Shown: piece after piece, positions 24,619-33,700 of the stretch | Layout: each line of letters begins with the position of its first letter | Position numbering within the stretch: position 1 is the first letter of the stretch | Origin: Candidatus Latescibacterota bacterium | Lineage (GTDB): Bacteria; Latescibacterota; UBA2968; UBA8231 | Assembly (NCBI GenBank): GCA_965221775.1 | Contig: CBDCSU010000001.1 | Coordinates: 1 to 37,277, forward strand | DNA: 37,277 bases | Reading direction: 5' to 3' | Position numbers and translations under genes: made by a program | The notes under the pieces: model-generated | The model's database searches: none | Told to the model about the DNA's origin: nothing | Seen by the model: the letters and a program-made list of their open reading frames with translations, nothing else

Positions 24619-25920
24619 CTAGTCCTCTTCGAGTCTCACCGGCGCCGGCGAGCCCTTGGGCGGCAGCAGGCGATCGCCGTCGGTCCGCGGCGGGTAGCCC
24701 ATCAGGCCGCGGCCCTCGTTGACGGTGAGCAGGCCGCCGCGGGTGACCAGCAGCTCGACAGACTTGGCGACCTCGGACAGGGACCCGAGCAGGGCGCGCT
24801 CAAGGGGGAGTCTCACGGCCCACCCGCGGGTGCGGGCCTCGCGGGTGAACAGGCGCTGCGTGTACTGCGCCTCGATCCGGGTGACGTGTCCGGAGAGGGT
24901 CCGCCGTTCCAGCCAGGCGTTCTGCGCCTCGATGGTGCGGCCGGACGTTTCCCCCTGGTTGGAGAACAGCTCCATCGGCGGGACGCCGAAGATCCGGGCG
25001 ATGTCCTCCACCCCCCACTTGAGCAGCTCGACGATCTGCAGGTCCGCCGGCGACGTCTGCGGGTGAACCAGCCGGAACCCCGGCGGCAGGATCGGGACCT
25101 TGCCGGCGGCTTGGGCCCCGGTCCACTGCTCGCGCAGGTCCGTGTACAGGCGGCCGCGGTCGGCGTCGCCGAGGCCCTGCATCTCCCAGGCCGTCTCGAT
25201 CGCGTTCTTGAGCTGCACCCCCTTGAGATGTTGCAGCTGATGCTGCACGGCGCGGCCGAGGACCTCCACGTGGGCGCGGCCGGCCGCCTCGATCGGCGAC
25301 GGCGACGCCAGGCCGTCGAAGCCCGGGCCGTGGACGGCCAGGACCTCGGAGGCCGGCCAGCGGGTCGCGCGCTCCTGCTGCGTGACCAGGTGACCGCGGA
25401 ACGTGGTCAGCGGGTAGAGGTGATACTGCCGGGTGCGCTCCCCGCCGCGGCCGACCCACTCGGCGCGGGCCGCCTCGGCCAGCTCGAGCTGCACCGGCCG
25501 CATGCGCAGGTCGCGGTGGATGATGGCGTAGCCGTTGCCGCCGGCCACGAGGCCGCGGTAGTAGTAGCCGCGCCACTGCTGAGGGTCCATGCGCCCCGGG
25601 TCCGGGTCCGCCAGCAGGCGCGAGACGGGGTGGTCCGGGTCCGGCTGCCAGTAGCCGTCGACCCACCGGCCGGCCACGTGCGGCAGCCGGGCCAGCAGCT
25701 GAGACACCAGGGTCACCGCGGCCCAGATCGCCGGCACCGCGGCCACGTCGGTCCCCGTCTCGCGGTCCGGGCGGCCGGGGAAGATCCAGTGCTGGTCGCC
25801 GCGCTCCTTGTAGCGGGTCCCCGACGGCCAGCCGAGCGCGCCGGCGCCGCGGGCCATCAGGTCGGCGCCCCAGGTCAGGACCCCGGCGCCCAGGGTGCGC
25901 AGGATGTTGGATGGCGGCAC
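24619..25920 (-). CDS. Portal protein, HK97 family
   Basis: AV..IWAAV..VS...A.LP, HP...LL, GNGYA, G.SPI, IARIFGVPP and LTVNEGR motifs. Confidence 0.95.
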   Translation of the reverse strand: MPPSNILRTLGAGVLTWGADLMARGAGALGWPSGTRYKERGDQHWIFPGRPDRETGTDVAAVPAIWAAVTLVSQLLARLPHVAGRWVDGYWQPDPDHPVSRLLADPDPGRMDPQQWRGYYYRGLVAGGNGYAIIHRDLRMRPVQLELAEAARAEWVGRGGERTRQYHLYPLTTFRGHLVTQQERATRWPASEVLAVHGPGFDGLASPSPIEAAGRAHVEVLGRAVQHQLQHLKGVQLKNAIETAWEMQGLGDADRGRLYTDLREQWTGAQAAGKVPILPPGFRLVHPQTSPADLQIVELLKWGVEDIARIFGVPPMELFSNQGETSGRTIEAQNAWLERRTLSGHVTRIEAQYTQRLFTREARTRGWAVRLPLERALLGSLSEVAKSVELLVTRGGLLTVNEGRGLMGYPPRTDGDRLLPPKGSPAPVRLEED

Positions 25921-25959
25921 CGATCAAATCCCCCCCGGATTGCTCGATATCGAGGCCGT

Positions 25960-26033
25960 GGCTACCTTCGCGGGCGGTGGCCTCACCGCCGCCATTGGGC
26001 TACCTTCGCGGGCGGTGGCCTCACCGCCGCCAT
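25960..26033. repeat. Tandem 36-bp repeat (x2, period 38), each copy with a GGCGGTG-GCCT-CACCGCC hairpin
   Basis: ggctaccttcgcgggcggtggcctcaccgccgccat at 25960-25995 and 25998-26033. Confidence 0.9.
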
Positions 26034-26076
26034 GGTGTCTCTACTCGCTCCCTCACCGGAGAGGGTGGAAAAGGGA

Positions 26077-26112
26077 AAGGCGCCGCCCCCTGAATATCGG
26101 GGGCGGCGCCTT
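26077..26112 (-). terminator. Intrinsic terminator-like hairpin after terL (possibly bidirectional)
   Basis: Perfect 14-bp stem AAGGCGCCGCCCCC/GGGGGCGGCGCCTT with an 8-nt loop, running into TTTCCCTTTTCC on the minus strand. Confidence 0.7.
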
Positions 26113-26124
26113 GTTGTGCAGCGG

Positions 26125-27957
26125 TCACAGGGGCTTGAGCCAGGGCGGCGTCTCGGCCTCCTCGTCGCGGTCCGCGTAGCCGTCGAACATCGGGATCCCC
26201 CCCGGCGCGTCCTTCAGCGCGCAGGACAGGCCCTCGGCCATGGACAGGGCCACGATGGGATCGATCAGGACGCCGCTGCGGCTCTTGGTCCAGCGCCGGT
26301 TCTTGCTGTCGTCGATGATGACCGAGGCGCCCAGGGCCGCCCACCGCAACACCGGCGAGCGCAGCACGGACAGCGTGAGGTTCACCGCGGCCGCCTCCAG
26401 GTCCTCGATCGACTGCGGCATCCACAGCCGGACCTTGTTCTCGTCCCGCTTCGTCATCCCGCCCACCCAACTCTGCGGGTGAGGCAGCAGCACGATCCGC
26501 CCGGTCTGCCGGCCCAGGGCCCGCGGGTCCGAGGTGACGGACGCGTTCTCGCGCTCGAGGCTGGCGCGCAGCCGGTCGATCTTGGCCGGGTCGTAGGCGC
26601 AACCCCGCAGCCGCGGCCAGCTCTCGTGCTGGCCGATGATCCACTGCGCGATCGTGTCGTAGTTGATGACCGGCCCCTCGCAGGCCGTGAGATACCCGTC
26701 CTCGACCCAGGCGTCGAACGGTACGTCGTCCTGGATCGAGCGCTCGGCCAGGCCGTCTTTCGGGATCCAGCACTGGACCCGGGCGTAGTGGTGGCCGTCG
26801 GGCAGCTCCCAAAGGTGCGCGGCCGCGGTGAGGTCCCGGCGCACCGACAGGTCGATGGCCAGCCGGCTCACGCATTCGCGCAGCACGTCCTCGGACGGCG
26901 CCTCGTCCGGCTCGACCTCGATGGCGCGCCAGGACTCCGGCTCGATCCAGGTCCCCGTACCGCCCCCCCACCGGCCCCACAGCAGGCGGTCGACCAGGGT
27001 CCGCTTCGACGGCAGCGAGCGGGCCTCGTTGGTCTGCTCGCGCAGGTAGGGGTAGCCGGGCAGGCCGAGGGACAACGACGGGTGCGCCTTCGGCCAGCAG
27101 CCCTCGTCCGTCCAAGGGTCATCCTTGTCGTCGACGCTGAAGATCAGCGCGAAGAGCGAGTCCAGGACGGTGCGGTTTTCCAGGACCGCGACGGCGCGGC
27201 CGTGCTCGCGGCCGCAGGCCGTCTCCATCGACTCCCCGGCGTTGGTGGTTATCAGCGTGAGCGGCTGCCGGCGGTCCTTGGTCCCGAGGTTCATTACCTC
27301 GAGCATCGCTCCGGAGTCGTGCTCGTGCAGCTCGTCGACCAGGACCACGTGCGGCGACGGTCCGGAGCGGCCGCGCGCGTGACGGTCCGACGACCATCGC
27401 CAGAGGAACCCGCCGTCGGGGATGACGATCTGGTACTCCGCTTCGAGGCCGCCGCGGATCTTGCACAGCCGGCTCAGGACGGGGGAGCCCTTCACCATGT
27501 CCACGGCGGCCCGGAACATCGGTTTCCCCTGGTCGGCGGTGCGCGCCACGACGTAGCCCTGGACCTTGGGCTCCATGTCCGCGACCAGCATGTACAGCCC
27601 GATCCCCGCGGCGATGGGACTCTTGCCCGCCCCCTTCGGCGTCTCGACGTAGGCGCGCCGGAAGCGCCGCAGGCCGGACCCGTCGCCGACGTTGACCCAC
27701 CCGAACAGCGAGCCGATCAGGAACACATGCCACGGCAGCGGCTCGAAGGGCTTACCCGCGTGAGGGCCGGCCGGGACCTTCAACACCTGCCGGAAGAACG
27801 TCAGGGCATGGTCGGCCAGCGTCTCGTCGAAGCGGATATCGACGCGCACCCGGTCCTCCTGGTGGCGCCGCGCGGCCGCGCGCACGTGGCGGTTGGCCAG
27901 GACCTCTCCGCAGAGAACGGCCGCCGCGTACGCGTCGACCTCGTGCTCGCCGCTCAC
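26125..27957 (-). CDS. terL: Terminase large subunit
   Basis: Adenine-binding PWH, Walker A PKGAGKS, Walker B VLVDELHE, ITTNAG, nuclease AIDLS..RDLTA, YDP and C-terminal IDP.VA. Confidence 0.96.
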   Translation of the reverse strand: MSGEHEVDAYAAAVLCGEVLANRHVRAAARRHQEDRVRVDIRFDETLADHALTFFRQVLKVPAGPHAGKPFEPLPWHVFLIGSLFGWVNVGDGSGLRRFRRAYVETPKGAGKSPIAAGIGLYMLVADMEPKVQGYVVARTADQGKPMFRAAVDMVKGSPVLSRLCKIRGGLEAEYQIVIPDGGFLWRWSSDRHARGRSGPSPHVVLVDELHEHDSGAMLEVMNLGTKDRRQPLTLITTNAGESMETACGREHGRAVAVLENRTVLDSLFALIFSVDDKDDPWTDEGCWPKAHPSLSLGLPGYPYLREQTNEARSLPSKRTLVDRLLWGRWGGGTGTWIEPESWRAIEVEPDEAPSEDVLRECVSRLAIDLSVRRDLTAAAHLWELPDGHHYARVQCWIPKDGLAERSIQDDVPFDAWVEDGYLTACEGPVINYDTIAQWIIGQHESWPRLRGCAYDPAKIDRLRASLERENASVTSDPRALGRQTGRIVLLPHPQSWVGGMTKRDENKVRLWMPQSIEDLEAAAVNLTLSVLRSPVLRWAALGASVIIDDSKNRRWTKSRSGVLIDPIVALSMAEGLSCALKDAPGGIPMFDGYADRDEEAETPPWLKPL

Positions 27958-27959
27958 CC

Positions 27960-28034
27960 TCAGTCCCGCAGCATGGCGTAGAAGCAGACCACGGCGAGGA
28001 CGGCGACGACGACGACGACGATGACGGTGGTCAC
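27960..28034 (-). CDS. 24-aa hydrophobic peptide
   Basis: GTGA-coupled; reads TTVIVVVVVAVLAVVCFYAMLRD; fills the gap up to terL. Confidence 0.5.
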   Translation of the reverse strand: MTTVIVVVVVAVLAVVCFYAMLRD

Positions 28035-28246
28035 GATCCCTTCTCCTTGACGGGCGCCTTCTCGACGGGCGCGGCCGAGGCCCCCCGGACGAGGTCGATG
28101 GCGGCCAGGCACTTGGCCTTGTCGCGGTAGCCCTGCCCGCCGTTGGCGATCTTGCGGCCGTTGCGGGCGCGGAGGTACCAGCGCCACTGACCTCGCTTGT
28201 CGCGGTAGATGAGGAACTTCGTTGGCGGCGTCGTCGGCGTCGGCAT
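28031..28246 (-). CDS. YegP / DUF1508 family protein
   Basis: KFLIYRDKRGQWRWYLRARNGRKIA.G.QGY..K..C..AI; GGAGGAG RBS before ATG 28246. Confidence 0.88.
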   Translation of the reverse strand: MPTPTTPPTKFLIYRDKRGQWRWYLRARNGRKIANGGQGYRDKAKCLAAIDLVRGASAAPVEKAPVKEKGS

Positions 28247-28311
28247 GGGGGGTCTCCTCCTCGAGGGGATCTCCTCGGGCTTGAGCCAGTCCCAGGCGGC
28301 CCGCAGGAACC

Positions 28312-28617
28312 TCACGGGCCCCGGCCCTGGGGGGTGGGGGTCCGCGGCCGCGGGTTGCCGTCCCGGTCGGCGCCGAGGCGCCGCCGCGGGCCGTGCTCCG
28401 GCCGGCCTCGGTGACAGGGCCGACAAAGCGGCATCACGTTGTCCCGGGCGAAGGCCAGGTCCGGGCGCTTGTGCAGGGGCTGGACGTGGTGCAGCTCCGC
28501 GGCCGCGATCCAGCGGTTCCGGGACGCGCACAGACGGCAGAGGGGTTCCTCCGCCAGAACCCGCCGGCGGAACCGGCGCCAGCGGTGCGTCCGGAGAATC
28601 TCATGGGACCTCGCCAT
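28312..28617 (-). CDS. HNH endonuclease (HK97 gp74-like packaging cofactor)
   Basis: W.R.R..VL.EEPLCRLC...ELHH..P......N.MPLC.PCH. Confidence 0.92.
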   Translation of the reverse strand: MARSHEILRTHRWRRFRRRVLAEEPLCRLCASRNRWIAAAELHHVQPLHKRPDLAFARDNVMPLCRPCHRGRPEHGPRRRLGADRDGNPRPRTPTPQGRGP

Positions 28618-29029
28618 GGGTGAGCCAGCCCCCCTCCTCGATCCTCGCCACGACGGCGGGCCACATCCCCGGGTTCGGCGCCGCCAGCGCGTCCCGGATC
28701 CGCCGGCGCATCGACCAGGCGGTCCGCAGGTCCAGCTCGAGGTCGTGCGCCAGGGCCCGGATGGGGACCCCGCCGTCCTCGTCGACGACCTGCTCGATCA
28801 TCGTGAACCAGGTCGCCAGCGGCAGCCGCGTCTTCGACAGGAAGGTATTGTTCAGGACGTTGAACGAGCGGCGGCAGCCGTGGCAATTCCACCGGCCCAG
28901 GCGCCCCCCGTCCCGTTTGCGCGCCACGTCCTGCGACCCGCAGCTCGGGCAGATCGCCCCGATCGGCCAGCGGACCTCCTCCAGCAGCGCCAGACACCGC
29001 AACTGCAGCTCGCAGGCCTCGTCGCTCAC
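28601..29029 (-). CDS. IS1595-family transposase N-terminal Zn-ribbon/HTH domain only (no DDE domain)
   Basis: RWP.G..CPSCG...W.C.GC.R.F.V...T....TRLPL.TWF...L...L.L..RTAW.M..RIR.AL, then the ORF ends, overlapping the HNH start. Confidence 0.85.
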   Translation of the reverse strand: MSDEACELQLRCLALLEEVRWPIGAICPSCGSQDVARKRDGGRLGRWNCHGCRRSFNVLNNTFLSKTRLPLATWFTMIEQVVDEDGGVPIRALAHDLELDLRTAWSMRRRIRDALAAPNPGMWPAVVARIEEGGWLTHGEVP

Positions 29030-29035
29030 GGCCGA

Positions 29036-29166
29036 AGGCCCGGATCCGCGGAAACGGCCGCCGGAGCCCGGCCAAGTGCGCGAGATCTCGGCCACGTCCG
29101 GGTCCGTAGACCCGGCACCGGCCGAGGCCCACAACGGCGCCCTGCGGGCCTCTGACGGGAAATCGG
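29036..29166. repeat. 131-bp dispersed direct repeat, copy A
   Basis: Ungapped alignment to 36074-36204 with 21 mismatches by my count (~84% identity). Confidence 0.9.
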
Positions 29167-29339
29167 GGGTTTGAAAAGGGGGAGGAGGGCCGGGTGCCGC
29201 CGGCGATGAGGGCGGCCGGCGCCGGCGCAGCGTCCGGAAGCCGAAGCAAGAACCGCGGGCCCCACCCGCAGCTCCAGGGGGGATACCTCAGCACGAGAAT
29301 CGGGGATCCCGCGCCGGACGGCCCTCCTCCGAGGCGACC

Positions 29340-29367
29340 AAGGTAGACCCCCCGGATCGAGCGTCAA
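29340..29367 (-). promoter_or_regulatory. Putative sigma70 promoter for the Zn-ribbon/HNH/terL block
   Basis: TTGACG, 16-bp spacer, TACCTT on the minus strand, in intergenic DNA. Confidence 0.4.
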
Positions 29368-29396
29368 GCCCGTAACGCAACGGGCCTCGGCCGCGC

Positions 29397-29696
29397 TCAC
29401 GTCGCCTTGATGACCTCGGCGTCGGTGAGGGCCTCCTCCAACTCGTCGTGCTCCACGGTCGCCCGGGCGAGGGCCTCGGTCGCGTGCTCGACGTTGCGGT
29501 CCGCGTGGCGCTGCTGCTTCTGGATCGACTCCGGGACCTCCTTGCTGGCGTCGATCTTCTCCTGGGCCTTGCTGTCCCAGTACACCTTGTCCGCGTCCCA
29601 CTGCGCCTTGTGGTGTGTGGCCTCCTTCACGCCGCGCGCGAACGTCGCGAGCCGGTCGCGCATGTCCTGGTCGGTGATGACGATATCGGGTGGCAT
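29397..29696 (-). CDS. Helical/coiled-coil hypothetical protein
   Basis: AGGAGG RBS before ATG 29696; E/K/A-rich. Confidence 0.75.
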   Translation of the reverse strand: MPPDIVITDQDMRDRLATFARGVKEATHHKAQWDADKVYWDSKAQEKIDASKEVPESIQKQQRHADRNVEHATEALARATVEHDELEEALTDAEVIKAT

Positions 29697-29724
29697 GTCC
29701 ACCTCCTACGGGGGTTGGGGGGGG

Positions 29725-30696
29725 TCAGGTCTCGTCCGCGAGCGGGCCTACGGGCTCGCTGAAGCGGACGGTGATCTGGTACGTTCGGGTCGAGGTCTTG
29801 TCGGCCGCGGCCACGGTGACGGTGAAGAGGTTGTCCTGGCCGGCCGTTAGCGCTCCGGAGGCCGGCCGCGTGACCGTGGCGCCCTCGTTGAACGGTACCG
29901 CCGTGAACGCGACCTCGGTCGTACCGGCGCGGACCTCGACGACGTGCTCGGTCACCTCGGGCTCGAAGGTGACGGTGAAAGGCGCCCGCGTCCCCTCGAT
30001 CCAGACGGCCAGGTCCCGCAGCCGGGTGTCGCTCGGCGCCTCGGCCGCCATGCGGGCCTCGCGCCACAGCTGCTGCGCGGTGAGGGCCTCCAGGGCCGCG
30101 TGCTGCGCGTCCGTGCGGTACTCGGTGCCGTCGGAGTGCGTGGTCGTCTGCGCGGCCACGTGGGCGTCCAAGGCGGCCGACAGGCCCTTGAGGGCCCGGT
30201 GCCGCAGGGATACCTCGTCGCCGACGAGACGGGCGACCCGTTGCACCTGGGCCGGCTCGTGGACCGTCACCCCGTCCGCGTGGCGCAGGTAGGACGGGCG
30301 CGGGACCAGCGCCTCCCGGGCCGCGTGGTGCAGGTCGTGGAGGGCGCCGTCGTCCACCTCGTAGCGGAGGCCGTCGACCAACTGAGGCGCGAGCTGGTAG
30401 GCCGGACCCTGAGCCTCGTCGTGCAGGGCTTGGATGATCTGATCGAGGGGGCGACGCCAGCGGTAGGCTTTCGTTCCGTCGTCGGCGATGGACCGAACCT
30501 CGCGCAGGTGTTGCCACGTCATACTGGCAAGATCCGCGGGCAACTCGGAGAGGGGGATTAGGTACTGGGTGTCGTTGGGGACAGTGGAGATCGTATTGCA
30601 CTCGAGCCACTCCGATGCGAACCATCTCTCCCCGAGAGTGTCCCATACGGCAATCCAACAACGGCCAGGGATCGCGTGGTTGTGTGTCGTCGCCAA
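29725..30696 (-). CDS. Tail-associated protein with a C-terminal cadherin-like beta-sandwich
   Basis: DTRL.DL.V....F.PEVTE..V.V....V..TA.P..GATV...L.AG.N...VTV.AAD..TRTY.ITV pattern; TTG start after GGAGGG. Confidence 0.75.
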   Translation of the reverse strand: MATTHNHAIPGRCWIAVWDTLGERWFASEWLECNTISTVPNDTQYLIPLSELPADLASMTWQHLREVRSIADDGTKAYRWRRPLDQIIQALHDEAQGPAYQLAPQLVDGLRYEVDDGALHDLHHAAREALVPRPSYLRHADGVTVHEPAQVQRVARLVGDEVSLRHRALKGLSAALDAHVAAQTTTHSDGTEYRTDAQHAALEALTAQQLWREARMAAEAPSDTRLRDLAVWIEGTRAPFTVTFEPEVTEHVVEVRAGTTEVAFTAVPFNEGATVTRPASGALTAGQDNLFTVTVAAADKTSTRTYQITVRFSEPVGPLADET

Positions 30697-30729
30697 GAGA
30701 AAAAACCCTCCCCTCTTTTTTTTGGGTCC

Positions 30730-33700
30730 TTACTGATTCACCCCAGTGGTCTGGGAACGGTAGCCCGGCGCCGGGGATGTCGCGTACTGCAGATACGAGT
30801 GGGTGTGCGTCCCCACCGACGTCCCTGCCGGCCCTCGAGGGCCCTGGATCCCCTGCGGTCCGCGGGCTCCGGTAGCGCCCGTAGTCCCTGCCGGCCCTCG
30901 AGGGCCCTGGATCCCCTGCGGTCCGCGGGCTCCGGTAGCGCCCGTAGCCCCTCGAGGGCCGGTGGCGCCGGTGAAACCTCGCGGTCCGCGGGCTCCGGTG
31001 ATTGCGTAGGCGGTCCCCCCGATGTCGAGGGTGGTCAGGTTGGAGAGGCCGGTCCCGCCCGGGTTGGCCGTCACCGTCGGCGGGAGCGCGGAGGTCCGGG
31101 CCAACCCCGCGGGAAACTGCGCCAGGGGGAAGTCGAGGAGCCTGCGCAGGACGTAGGTCCTCTCCGCGGCCGCGGGGATGTTCTGGATCGACGGGATGCC
31201 GTAGGCGGTTTGGCTGGCCGGCGCCGGGACCGCCGGCGGTATGTCGGCCGCGCGGGCCAGCACGGCGGGGAAGTCGCCGTCGCCGAGGCCGCGGGTGAGG
31301 TTGCCGAGCAGGGCGTAGGAGGGCGCCGTGGCGCCGGCGGCGACCTGCACCACGCGCGGGGACTGACTCGCGGTGATCGCCGGCAGCAGGACCCCCGTCG
31401 GGATGTTGGCCGTCCTGGCGAGCCCTGCGGGGAACTGCGCCAGGGGGAAGTCGAGGAGCCGGCGCAGGACGTAGGTCCGCTCGGCCGCGGCGGGGATGTT
31501 TTCGATCGAGGGGATGCCGTAGGCGGTTTGGTTGGCCGGGTCCGGGATGGCCACGCCGCCGCCGCCGCCGCCGCCGGAGGGCAGGGCGTAGCTGACGCTG
31601 CCGATGCCGAGGGTGGTCAGCTTGGAGAGGCCGGTCCCGCCCGGGTTGGCCGTCACCGTCGGCGGGAGCGCGGAGGTTCGGGCCAGGCCGGCCGGGAACT
31701 GCGCCAGGGGGAAGTCGAGGAGGCGCTTGAGGAGGTAGGTGCGCTCGCCGGGGACGGGGACGGCCGAGATCGCGCCGACGGCCCAGGGCATGCCCGCAGC
31801 GGGGTCCTCGAGGACGCGGGTATCGTCCTGCAGCAGGTAGCGGGCCAGCTCCGCGGGGGCGTTGCCTTCCTGGACGGGCAGGAACCCGACGATGGTAAGC
31901 TGCACCGAGTCGTTCGCGACCTCGACCAAGGAGACGGTGCCGACGGGCAGCGTGTCGAGGCGCTCGAGCCGGATGTAGGACCGGCCGAGGGTGATCTCGT
32001 CCTCGTCGCCGTCCGTCCCGTCCCAGTACCCCCACAGCTCGAGGGCCGGCACCGAGTCGGCGACGCGGATCGTGGTCTGGCCGGAATCCGCGACGGCCGG
32101 GTCGCGGTAGGGGGCGCCGGTGGACGTGTCTTCTTCTTCGGCCCGGGCCGGTGAGGCCCGCAGCGCGGACACGACCCAATAGGCGTCGCCGCCGCCGGCG
32201 CCTTGGCTGTGGGCGATCAGCTCTCGGATGGTGGGCGCCCGGGCCCGCAGCCACTGCCGGCCGCCGGCCGCGCCGGCGGGGCGCTGCGCGGCGTTGGGAC
32301 CAGCGCCGAAGGGGACGGCGGTGGCGCACGCGGCCTCGGGCGGCACCCCCCCGCTGAACGCGATGCTCCTAGGGGTGAGGCCCTCGAAGATGCCGGTGCC
32401 GTCCTCGGTGCCCAGGTAGTCGGCGCTCAGCTGCGGGTGCGCGTCGATCAGGGCCTTGATCTCGGCCGCGGTCAGGGTGGGCGCGAAGGTGAGGGTGACC
32501 GTCCGGGCCTGCTCATCCAGGACGGTCGACGAGGCCGGCGGCGGCGGGATGCGCTGGGCGCCGAAGGTCCAGTCGTTGGCGTCAACCCGGGCCAGCGACA
32601 CGCGAAGCCCGCGGTTGAGTCTTTGCCCAAAGCGGTCGGTCTCGTACCAGTCGACGGTGCCCGGCTGCCCGGCGCCGGCCGGGATCCGCGCCCCGTAGGC
32701 GTTCACGTCCCGGCGGTAGGTCCGCAGCCAGTAGCACCGCTCCTCGTCGATCGGCGCTTGGATGGCGACGGAGTTGGCCAGGCCCCGCCACTTGACCCTC
32801 GCGGCCGCGAAGTCGCGGGTGGCCGATTCGTAGAGGACATACTCGTCGAAGCCCGTCTCGGGCTGCGGCGGATCCCAGGTGAGCAGGACCTCCTCTTCCC
32901 CGGCGGTGGCGACCAGGTTCCGGGCCGCGGGGATGGGCGGCACCGCGATCGCGGGGGTGGCCGGCGTCGAGGGCGCGGTGTAGTCGGCGCCGGCCGGGTC
33001 GGCGTAGACGCTGGCGGCGTCCTCGCGCAGCAGCAGCTCGGCGCCTTGGTCGGCGGCGGCCTGGGCGTGCTCGACGAGGAAGGTCTTGTTGGCCCAGCCG
33101 TAGCGGCTCGAGCTGATCCGGATGGCGTCGCCGGCGACGAGGCGCAGGCCGCGCACGTCGGTGCGGGCCCTCACCTGCAGGCGCTGCGACTCGGCGGCCA
33201 GCAGCCCCCGCGCGATCCGCTCGGCGCGCCAGGCTTCCTGGACGGCGGGCAGGTCGACGCGCAGGTCGCGCCCGGGCTCGGCGCCGGCGTTGCGGACCGG
33301 GGCGATCTGCCGCGGCCCGTCCGGCAGCGAGGCGCCGCCGTAGCTGGCCTGCACGCCGGTGTACCCGGGCTCGTTGGAGATCTGCTGCACCTCGTCCTCG
33401 TGGACCCAAGTCCCGGCCACCACCGTCTTGGCCTGGAAAGGGACGAAGCGCCATTGGCGGCCGGTGTAGACGGCGGTGGCCAGGGCGGCGCCCAGGACCT
33501 GGTCGAGATGCTCGCGGGTGGGGGTGTTCTCGAGATCCAGCACGGCGCCGCATTCGAAGCGCCGGCGGTTGAGGAAGCTCGATCCGTCGGGCAGGCCCGA
33601 GGGGACGGAGGCGTCGCAGTGATTGGCCAGGGCCACCACCGAGGGCCAGTCGATCCGGTCCGGGCCCAGGTCGAGGCCCCATTCCTCGCGGAGGATCTGC

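Noticed and set aside
25960-26033. 36-bp hairpin repeats as a CRISPR array
   Set aside because: Only two copies with a 2-bp gap, no spacer and no cas genes.
23482-27981. 1499-aa plus-strand ORF
   Set aside because: Lies antisense to terL, portal and MTase, has no motifs, and has shadow-like composition.
28601-29134. Complete IS1595 insertion sequence
   Set aside because: No DDE domain, terminal inverted repeats or target duplication seen.
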